A stretch of 64,000 nucleotides of DNA from Schmidtea nova. Its lineage: Eukaryota. The stretch spans positions 185,690,001 to 185,754,000 of the forward strand of contig CM097883.1 in assembly GCA_044892505.1 (NCBI GenBank). The letters run 5' to 3'. This document shows, piece after piece, positions 32,055 to 44,000 of the stretch; positions within the stretch are counted from its first letter, which is position 1; every line of letters begins with the position of its first letter. Below the pieces are notes generated by a model that made no database searches, was not told the DNA's origin, and worked only from the letters and a program-made list of their open reading frames with translations. The translations under genes were made by a program, and so were the position numbers.

Positions 32055-35000
32055 ATGAGTGAAAATTCTTACGACAGCGACTTCACATATTCGACTAGAT
32101 CAGTGAAAACTGATTTAAATTTTCAAAATAAACTCTTGAAGTTGATGAAAGACAAAGGTGTTGTTGACAAACTTAAAGTTATTCTTTCTGAAACTATTGT
32201 TGACGGCAAATAAATTTTACAAATTCAGACACAAGTCAGACAAAATCTAATTTCAGAAATTGCTGCCAAAGAATCAATTTTCAGTATGAAAAATAATCCC
32301 AATGAAAAACCAGAGAAATCGATTGATATATTTTCTCATTCCTCGTCCAGTGTGATTTTTGAATACCTGGATAAGAATGATTTCCATTTCACTAAAAGCG
32401 TTTTTGCACCAGAATCAGGAATAAATACCGATAAGGTAAAAAATATATATTTGAAAAATGATTAAATTATGATGAAAAATATCACAGTTTTATACAGCTG
32501 AGGAATTATTACGGGTTTTGCAATTGGATAAGAATTCAGAATTCTATAAGAAATTGGTAAATTATCATATTAAAATTGATTTTAATAATTTTTTATTAAA
32601 TAAAATATTTTTTTTACTGATTTTTTAAAAAAATTCATGTTTCTAATTTTGATTTAAATACTCATATTTCAGTTTAACGTGCATGCATAAATATTTATTT
32701 ACTCATTTTGCATATTTAGTTTTTGGGACAATTAACGCATTCGCCAAGTCTAGAATTTCTTAACTTCCTCTCGGAGTGGCACCTTTTGTGCTTGCTATAT
32801 ATTATCTTTTTACTGCATATTAAATGAATTTTGGAGATTATTGGCAGACTTTAACTTTATTTTTAACTTTGTTTTCTTTTATCCCAGTTGATGTATTGCA
32901 GCTCATTAATAGAAATGAATATATACAATTCGCATAACTGTTCAGATTTCGAGAGAAAATTATTTTCCTAAAGATGAAAATTGGCTTGCTCCTATTAAAC
33001 ACAAAATATGACAGGGAATAATGATACAATACGACCTTGTATTATTTTGTGTTTAATAAAGGCAATCCAATTTTTATTTGTCATACTCAAAACTCGGGGT
33101 TCTTAACCGGTGCTCGCCGAGCATGTTTCAAGTAATCCGTCAAAAATGAAACATTTGATCGAATTTTGGTGTAAATTATATGCGAATTACTTTTGGTAAT
33201 GATATACTAGTTTTCGCCTCTTTACCGTCAATTTAGCTGTATTTTCCCCTCAGATTTGTCTCTCGGAAAAAATACCCTTTTAAATACCCAACAACGTTGC
33301 TTCAGCTTCTGTCAAGGAATCAGTACACAAATAATGAGCTATTTGTATTCAGTTAAACAATGATATTTTCACTGCGTCATTGAATACTGATTTTAATCTG
33401 TATAAAGTTTATGTATAATGTTAATGCATTTTTATTATTAATTTAATGAACTTAATTATTTCGGTGCCTCGAAGATTTTTCTTATAATCAAAAGTGCTGT
33501 GACTTCGAGAAGATTAAGAACCATTGTTTGAAACAATGATGAAAAATTTAGACATTTACAAATTTAAGAAATCTCAGAATCTGTAAAAAAACACATACAG
33601 ACACTTCCCAAAATACCTGAAACCTGAAACCAATAATTGTGAGTTCATGTATAAAATAGTCTGAAAAACTGGAAACCTTTTTTTCCTTTTAAAATCGGCA
33701 GTGTTAAGAAAACTAAAATGGAATTTTGAGCCGCTAAAATGCCAATTGGCCTCATTCATAAAATGTTACAGCATAGACCAATCAAACCTGAGTAACATAA
33801 TCTAATAAAAAGTGCCAAGTACTAATTTAAATTAATATTCTACTTATAATTTGTTACTAGCTAACTCTCTTTGTTAGTACTAACTCTGTCCGAAACTATG
33901 ATGTACATTTACAATTTATATCATTATATAAATGTATACATTTTCGTCCGGAGGGAGTACTTTTTTACATTACCGTATTTTCTGCCAGATACAGTGCACC
34001 AGCCAGATACCGAGCACCAGTCAGATACCGTGCACCAGCAGGTAACGAGCATCTTAATAATTTTATCAAATTGAAAATTGCATACAAAACACGCAGTTAT
34101 AAAAGTTTTATAATAAAGCCCATGGAAAACGAAAATAAATTAAGACGAAATTAAGTCCAAAAAAGGAAATCGTAAAGCCAGGAGAATTTCTAGTGTAGGA
34201 ATTCTGTGTCCGAAAATGTAGAAAAAGTGAAGCAATTCTCAATAATAACAAGTGTAAAAAACTAGCGAGTATATTGAATTACGTTAGAACATTTAGTGAT
34301 ATTGTTTCATATGTTGCTATATAAATATTACTAATCGAAATTTTATAATATGGAAATGTTTTAATTACGTGATAAGACGTCTGCAAGTGTTTTTAAAGGG
34401 TGACGAATTGCTTTAAATTTCCATTTCTATAAGAAAAGCATAATAATTACAATGAAATAACGTTCACTTTGAAATTCAATTTTTTTCTGCGTATAATGCG
34501 CATTCACATTTGCTAGATTTTTATATTTTTTGTATATATAACGCGCGCGGTATCTGGTGGAAAATATGGTAGTTACATTTTAATGCTTCACGATTCCAGA
34601 AATTAGAACAAGTGTATCCAACCTTGGGCAATAGTGGAAGAGAATTTTTTTTTCGAGCTGCACATAAAATATATTAATTCTAACGATAATTAAAACAGTT
34701 TGATTATTAATTTACAAAATACTATGTTCATTATGTCAAATAAACAAAGGCGTTGTTGCTTAATGAGAAAAACTTCATTATTTTTTCTTTACTTTAAGTG
34801 CAAGAATAATACCTTGCGAATTTGAAAAAATTTGAAATTAACTACATAAAATTTCAATGTTTCAATGATTTCATTTTGGACAACATTCATTAGAGCACGG
34901 GGCCGTGGGTTGGATAGTCATGGAAAAGAACATTAATTTTAGAACATTTGGCATTTTGTTTAGGATATCAATTGAAATTTTATTTTATTATTTTACCCAA

Positions 35001-38000
35001 TGTTTGTCAATGAAATATTTATAATATTAATCAAATTAGTATTGTGATATCAATAATTTCCATAATGGGATGACCATAGATCAAAATTTTTATTTTTGGT
35101 TATTAAGTACATAATATTTTGGCACAACCTTTATCAAGTGTGTATTTATTATTGGGAATAAAAAATATACCTTACTAAAAATTTATAAGTTAAATTTCTT
35201 TTTGTAATTATTTAGTTTTTTTCTAATAAAATTAAATTAATAATCTTACAAGTATTCTGAACTTTCTCCATAGTTTTTTAATCCATTCGTTACCGCAATC
35301 TCCAAATGGGGATTTCAATATTTTATTTTATTTCACTTAATATAGGATTATATTAAATAAAATATTCATTCATTAAACACAAATATATAATCAAAAAAAC
35401 GTGACAATGATTTAATAATAGAAAAACGTCAAGTAAATTCAGCATAAACGCGATATATTTCGATTGTATAACAATCTTCATCAGGCAGCAATCAGGACAA
35501 TTAATAATAAAATAGAAAATATGCCATATCTAAACAAATTAATTAATAATAATCATCTCCATACTATATCAAATTTTAATTTAAAAAATTTTTAATTTAA
35601 TTTATTTAGTTACATAAAATTTTAAAAATTAATTAATAAGCAAACAACATTTTACATAATACAACATACATATTTTTTAAAAAATAAACTTTTAAAATTC
35701 AACATAAAATTTACAATAATTTTTCTTTAAATTTGTAAATTTTTTGTTGAATTTTAAAATTTTATTAAATTAAATTTTATTTCTTTAAAAAAATATGTAT
35801 GTTGTATTATGTAAAATGTTTGCTTATTAATTTATTTTTAAAATTTTATGTAATAAAATAAATTAAATTAAAAATTTTTAAAATTAAAATTTGATATATT
35901 ATGGAGATGATTATTATTAATTAATTTGTTTAGATATGGCATATTTTCCATTTTATTATTAATTGTCCTGATTGCTGCTTGACGAAGATTGTTATACAAT
36001 CGAAATATATCGCGTTTATGTTGAATTTAATTAATTGGTGTATTTCTATTATTAAAACACAAATATCTTCTATTTTTCAAAATTAATTTTTGTTTCAATC
36101 TTGCTCAACTTGAAAAATTATTTAACATGTAAATTTATAACCTATGTGGTTATCAAAAATAAAAATTTGGCCGTTTATATATGCTTAATACATACTTTGT
36201 GCACTGAATCTATTTAAGATGCGAGGAATATCCTTAAATACTAGTCATTTATAGTAGCAATTCTTGACCTTTCTAGTGAAGTTACTTTTTTATAAAATTT
36301 TACAAATTATGGCTACTCTCAATGATAGATTTAGAAATTTTCGTAAAGAAAATCAAAGTTAACAAAAAGATAAAAGCAAAATTTTCGGAGGTGTTTGACG
36401 ACACACTGTATAAAGTCAATCAATTTCAGTTTGGGCTGCAAAATACTTATTGAAAACCACTGATTATTAAATTTTAGACGGAACTTGCTTCACACCTTTT
36501 ACCTTTCTCTTTTCAACTCTCTAAATATCTCACATTTATTATTATTGGAAATACACACTTAAAAAAGACTGAAAAATTGTTTACATTTAAAAAAAATTTG
36601 ATCTATAAGAAATAAAAATTTCTGAAATAGAAATGAAAAAACCAAAGGTGTAAACAAAAGATATTAATGATAAATTATTATTCAATATTATCGTTATTTT
36701 TTTAAAGGCCTAAGTTAAAAAATATTTAAACAAGTTTCATTTTTTATGAATAGTTTGAAAAGAAAGAAAGATGAAAAAAATTGAAAAAAAACAATGTTAT
36801 TTTATTTTATTTGGAAATATTTAAATTCGCACATTCCAGGTTAACATGGGCGATGCCCAATTGGGCATGCATAAATTTTCATTCATTCGTTTTACATATT
36901 TATTTATGGAACAATTACCGCATTCGCTATAGCTGGAACATTTTAACTTTCCAACTGAGCGACACCTTTTTTTGTTATTTTATCTTATTTTATATGAAAT
37001 TATTTTTTTTACTTCTCAATTTTAATAAATAAAAATCGTAAATTTTTTACGGTCATAATCAATAAATGTTTTAGCAATCCGATTTATTTAATTCGGACAA
37101 AAGTTTCATTTTATGCTTATTGAAAACCATATCTGAGTATCACAGTTGCAAGCAAAGCGAAATTGAAATACAAACCGACAAGCCGGAAAAATTTATCCCG
37201 TTAAGTTATTTTATACCCTTTCATTAACACAAATACTGATGTCTCGGTATCGCAGGTGAGAAAATGCAAAAGCTAGACTTACAGTTCGAGGATCGACAGA
37301 AACAAGGAATTCTTAAAACTCAACAACTTTATGAAGATCGCATTGTTGCTTTTCAAAGGGACATCGAAAAAAGACTTCGTCAAGAAATGGAAAATGAGGT
37401 TTATTTTTAATTGTTTACTCAACATTTAGTTTGTTGGAACTCGGATAAAACTTGATTACAAATGTCATTACCGTACTCGATGTTTTATGCTATTCTGCAT
37501 TATCAATAAAATATAAATCTAAATAAATAATTAGTTAAAAAGCAACTAAATTATTTTTAATTAATAAAAACGCGAACATTACATTAATTTTTATGTTTTA
37601 ATTATATTTTATTGTTTACTTCCACACTTTAAACATAGAATATTAATTAATAAGTTTATTATATAATTTATAAGATTTCGTTAAAACTAAGACTAAAAAC
37701 AAAAAATATGAAAAATATATTTATAAATATTACAAATAATTAAATTAATTTTTTCTATTATCATTTAATATAATTAAATTATTATTTAATTAATATTAAT
37801 GTTATTTAATTATTATTTAATNNNNNNNNNNNNNNNNNNNNNNNNNNNNNNNNNNNNNNNNNNNNNNNNNNNNNNNNNNNNNNNNNNNNNNNNNNNNNNN
37901 NNNNNNNNNNNNNNNNNNNNNNNNNNNNNNNNNNNNNNNNNNNNNNNNNNNNNNNNNNNNNNNNNNNNNNNNNNNNNNNNNNNNNNNNNNNNNNNNNNNN

Positions 38001-41000
38001 NNNNNNNNNNNNNNNNNNNNNNNNNNNNNNNNNNNNNNNNNNNNNNNNNNNNNNNNNNNNNNNNNNNNNNNNNNNNNNNNNNNNNNNNNNNNNNNNNAAA
38101 GTATTTAAAAATTAATTAAATAAAAATTAAAATAATTAATTGGGTGCCTGATTGCTGTGAGAGATTGTAGAGCGAGCCTGGAAGCCGTAAAACGGACTTA
38201 TCGAAATCTATATAAATCTTATATGATAAATGGGAGCATTTTTAGACAAACCTAAAACAGACGAATTTAATGAAAGTGGAATATTGTAACGAATTTGAAA
38301 CACATTCCAACTGGAGCATTGCAACAGTATCCGAAACAGTTTCTCAAAGTTTCAATCGGTTGTCAATTTATTTCTTAATGAAGACGCATTTCGCGTCTGT
38401 GTGCACGGGGGGGGGGGTTTAAAGATGTGTGCGGAGTTGAAAACGTTCTGAATTTCAACAAGAACAGACGAATTTCATTGAGTCTGTGTGCGCGATGGTG
38501 TTGATAGTGAGGTTTTCTTAGCGTGCGCACACAAACGCGAGTAGTTCCATTTTGGCTAAAATAAATCAATTTAAAATTTGTGAAGGATTATTAAGAACAG
38601 TTCGAACAATTGAATTGTTTTACTGTGTTAGTTAATTGCTTTTTTGGATTTACGATTTTGGCGGAGAATTAATGTGGAATTTTGTAACTTAATTTAAAAC
38701 ATTTTCAGATTTTGTTTAACTGATTTAATTGAATTTTTTTTGGGGAACTTTTAATTTTAAAAAATGGCTGAATTGTTTTTTGGCTATTTTGATTATTTTG
38801 CCTGTGTGAATTTTTAAAATTTGGAGATATTTTGAGTTGGGGATTTAAAATGGATTTGGAAATGTATTAATAACTTTATGAAAATTATTGAATAAATTCT
38901 TTGTGAAGTGGAGTTTTTTCTTTATTTTCAAATATGATTGGTGAAATGGAATCTGATCACAAGCTGATAGCGATTCTGATAGCGATTCAAATTATAGTTT
39001 ATGGGAAAGTGCTGACTTTCTCAGTTTCTTGGGAGTTCCCTTTATAAATAGCCTGGATAAAGCTGCTGGTTATGAAGAGAATCTTAAGTTGAATGTGGTC
39101 AATGGAATCGAGAGCTCTTTTGTTAATGATTTAATTAATGTGTTGTCTTCGCGAGATTCAATCATTTCTGATGAAGTGCGATCGTCAGTAATTGTAGAAA
39201 AGCTACAATTTAATTCACCAATATCTGGCAGTGATTATTGGTGCAAATTGAATGTTGGTCGAACACATTTTACAGAAAAACTCCAAAATTCTCCAATATG
39301 TAAATCTTGTTATAATTTTAGAACGGACATTTTGTCCAATCCCAGACTCATTCTTGATGAGTTATAGAAGATAGATCTGAAGGCAATGATATTAATAAAA
39401 CTGATGATATAAAATCGATGCTCGTAAATCGAAAAGATAATTTGATGAAATCTATCACTTCATTCCAATCTCAGTTCGACAAATGGCCAAATTCGTATAA
39501 AAACAGACCACATCTGAGGCCACTAGGCTGTTCAATCATCGCATTTTCTTATGATAAGGAGATGGATAAGCCAATGTTATTCAAAACCGATCCCAGTGGA
39601 TTTGTAGCTGGTCGTCGAGCTGTTGCGGTTAGTGGAAAACAGTTGGAAGCTAAAAGCTATGAGGAAAAGAAGCTTCGTAAAAATTCAGAATTTTCAAAAA
39701 GAGAGAAAATCAATCGGANNNNNNNNNNNNNNNNNNNNNNNNNNNNNNNNNNNNNNNNNNNNNNNNNNNNNNNNNNNNNNNNNNNNNNNNNNNNNNNNNN
39801 NNNNNNNNNNNNNNNNNNNNNNNNNNNNNNNNNNNNNNNNNNNNNNNNNNNNNTATGTGTGCGCATTATCACTTATTGTCATTATACGCGTCTGTGTGCG
39901 CATTAATTGTGTAATAAATTGGTCTCGCGTCCGTGTGCGCTTAAATGTCTCGCGTCTGTGTGCGCATGGATTGTAATGTGAGATTTTGGTGAAATTGATT
40001 TTTATTTATGTTTATTTTAGATTTTTGGAGTTTGTTTTATCAAACTATTTTGAGTTTTTTTAGATTTTGATAGGTTTAAAAATTTGAATTTAATTATGGA
40101 AAAGATGGACAATGAAATTCTTAGGATGTATTATGGTCCAATTGGTAATGCGATGTTTGGGAATTTTAAATTGGATATTGTGAAACATTATCAATCATGT
40201 CGGGAATCATTTGAAAGTGCACCTGAAGAAGAAGAAGAAAGATATGAAATTGTAATTAAAACAGTCGCTTCATTGAATAAAAATGGTATTAAAGTATGTT
40301 TTCATGCAACAATATGTTCCATCATCGAAAGATTTGTTTCTTCATATCCTACAAGTGAAGTAGTTGGTTCTATATTTAGATCTATCAATGCATATTTGGG
40401 TGGCGTAATCATCAGTAAAAATACATCTAGATTATTGAAGAAAGTTCTTTTAGCCTGTAAATCCAAAGACATTTCTAAAAATGATATTGTGAGATTTCAG
40501 AGTCAAAAATTCTGTGAATATAGGTGGATACATTATCCGGATCATTTAGAAAACAATATCGGTTCGCATATTGTGAGAATGTTTTTCCAGTTTGCATTCG
40601 ATGTGTATGTAGGATTGGAAGGAAAGATGTATTTTTCGAAATCAGTTGTCATTTCTACACCGATGCAGAGTCCACAAATTGATAAGTTAATCACAAATGA
40701 ATTCAGGAGTTCTACATTGCAAGCTATAATGGTAATCTGTAAAAGTCGTTGCCTGGACAAATTCAATGAAGTAGTTAAACAATCAATGTCAGTTCATGGC
40801 GAAATGGACAAAACGAAATCTAATGATAAAATCCAAGCATTGTCTGGCAGTAACGATGTCATAGTTCGATTTGACGATTCTCCCGAAATCCTCTCGAAAG
40901 ACTATTTGAATGTTGTTTATTTAGTGATGGAAACGAATAAAAATTATTATTTGGCCNNNNNNNNNNNNNNNNNNNNNNNNNNNNNNNNNNNNNNNNNNNN

Positions 41001-44000
41001 NNNNNNNNNNNNNNNNNNNNNNNNNNNNNNNNNNNNNNNNNNNNNNNNNNNNNNNNNNNNNNNNNNNNNNNNNNNNNNNNNNNNNNNNNNNNNNNNNNNN
41101 NNNNNNNNNNNNNNNNNNNNNNNNNNNNNNNNNNNNNNNNNNNNNNNNNNNNNNNNNNNNNNNNNNCAAATATTTATTCATTCAATAAATTTACTTATTT
41201 AAACAACTTTATTTTCTTTTATAAATCATTATTTTAAATTATTCTTTTTTATACATCTCTCCGAGATTCTGACAAATCTTCATTCCTGTGCCTCAAGTCG
41301 GCTACATGACGCGGCATTGCCACGGTTCCGTAATCGACGATTGCTTTATGCGGAGACAGCAGCTTCATGATTCTTCCTCTCACCAGGAAGATTGCATGGT
41401 TGATTTTGCGCGGGTTTCACCTACACCTTGTCGATAATCTCAAAGCCATTGTCTATTTGTTGAGCCGTTCCTTTCGTTTCATTAAATCGAAGTCTTAGGT
41501 CATAAGCGTAAATGCCTTTTTTTTGAGGGTCTGGAAGAACCATTTACTGGTGTATTATTGTACCAGTAAATTGCTTCTTGCACTGAGCATTCCGATCGCG
41601 TGACGGCAGCTTTTATTGTTTTATGGTTCCTCTGAATAATGCCGTTGCCTGCTGGTTTATTAGCGGATCTGAATTCAGTTCTAATTCTCCACCTTTTCAT
41701 TAGAGAAGTGAACGTTTCTGACCTAAACGATAAGTAATTGTCCAACAGAAGCTCGTCAGGAGGTCCTCTTTCATAAAATACCTGTTCCAACTGTTTGCAA
41801 ATTTCGTCTGCGCTTTCGTTTCGTATTTCTCGACAAATCGCAAATCGAGAAAGCCCGCAAATTTTCTTTGATGTAATTTAGTCACATCGATAGCTAATCT
41901 TTTCCAAGAATCTTTTACCTCTAATTGCCCTTTGCTGATCTTAACCGGATGAGGGTCTATTGATTGACATTTGTCACACTTCTCGACAACCTCTTTTAAC
42001 TCATTTTGAGAAAGATTAATTCCTGTTTCCTCGGTCAAGAACCTCAACCGGTCTCCTCCGAAATGGCTTAATTTGTGTATTTCAACTGCGTTCTTGATGG
42101 GATCTTCACCCGTGTCTGGCAACGCCGTATTACACGTATGTTTTGTAATCCAATTTGAAGGAATTCTGGTTAATATGTCGGATTTATTTTTGTCTGTTGG
42201 AACGTATTCTATTTCAGCTTTTATCTCATATTCAATAATTAATTCTTTAATAATGTTGAGCCTTCTTTTTACTAACATTTCTGAGGAAGGTTTAGTTGAA
42301 ATCTTTCTCTCGGATGTCAAGGCATTATCTACCCAACTTACTACGGATTTGTTATCCGACATGATTTTTACTGTCTTTAAATTCCATTTGATGCATAAAT
42401 TGATGCCTTTAACGATCGCCTCTAGTTCACACAGGTTAATGTGCCTAACGTCCTTCTCCTTTCTCAACCAGCATGCGTCTTCCATAATATTTCCGTTGAT
42501 TTCTAGCGCTGCTCCTATGGCAATAGAGCTGGCATCGCACCATAAAATGTTTCCTCTGTCCATTGGTGCTTTCCATATACCATGAGCCGGATCATTCATT
42601 TCAACCTCCTTTATTAACCATTTAACTTTGTCTAGTAATTGTACGTCGATTGGCCGGTCCCATTCTCCTTCACTTAATCGTTTGAGATAAGAGCACGCGG
42701 GTCGTAACCAACCTGCAACTGGAAGAATTTCGGTTAATTGACCGCATAATGAATACAGTTCTCGTCTGTCCATTCTCTTTTCTTCAAATTCGTACCTGAT
42801 GACATTGGCTCGGTTCCATTTTAATACGTTGTCCTCAATGTGAACTGATAATACGAGTATTCTTAGAGCTTTTGTTGATAAAGGGCGTTCAATTTCTTTC
42901 GTCATCAAGTTAAATTTTCCTAGTCAGGATTTTAATTTTTTCAGCTGGGACAACTTCTTCGTCGATTAAAATATCGTCAATGTACGCACTGGCTCCTTGT
43001 TTTATTCTGTCATTTAAACCCAACACGTAGTTAACGATCTCTGTCATAATACAGGGAGCGATATTGATTCCGAAGCCTAGTCTTGTCAATGCATATCGCC
43101 TTCCGTTTACAATGCATGACTGGTACTTCCACATACTCTCATCAACCCGGATTTGCATGTATGCATCAGATAAATCCAAAATCGCTATTTTCTTTCCTTT
43201 CTTTCTCCAATCTCTTATTGTTTCATTGCAAAATACTGCTTCTCCACTATAGACGTCTAAATAATGATTTAAAGCTCTAAAATCGAACACTGGCCGGAAA
43301 TAAAATTACTGCTCCAACAGGCTTACCGAACCGGTTTTCGTCATATTCGACTAACCATCTATTTTTGACCCACTGCTCGATGACTTTAAGTGCCTGGCCT
43401 GCTTTGGGCTTATCTGGATCTAACTTGGAATATCGATCTGACATTGATACTGGGGGTTCTGTGTTCCAATTCCATGATACCATCCATTCTTTGTTGAACG
43501 TTGCTTCGAAGGTCTTCCTTTGAATTAAAAAACTCTGAGCTTCGTTTCCGTTTACAGCCATCAAACATTTCAATTCACATCCGAATCTGACGTCTTCACT
43601 GATTGTCACTCCTCCTTGTGCTATAATGGCGTTCATACCTAATATGACGTCATATCCCGATATCATTTTTCTAGAAATAAAACAGTCAATGATAAAGTAC
43701 TTTCCTTCTAATTCGATTTCTGCCTTGCTCTGGCTCACTGGCAGTGTCGATCCATCTGCTAGGAACACTTGAGCGTTGGGTGATGTGATGGCTTCTCCGC
43801 GTATAATTGTTGTCGAGCAGCCGGAATCTATAAGACATAGCCGTTTTGATCCATTTATGGAAAGGAGTCTTTCTTTTAACATCTTTTTGGGACCGAGAGA
43901 GACTCCTGAATATTCTCGATCCCTTTGTCTTTTCCCGATTTACAATATCGGGATTGGTGTCCGAGCATTTCACACCTAGAACATTGAATTTTTTTCTTGT

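Noticed and set aside
33105-34925. hAT/Charlie-like terminal snippets (ggggttcttaacc at ~33095, gggccgtgggttgga at ~34900)
   Set aside because: Too short, with no matching partner end or 8-bp TSD identified.
38184-38225. Functional SL RNA gene
   Set aside because: The leader is followed by ataaATG and PP2C codons, not by a GT donor, intron stem-loops or an Sm site.
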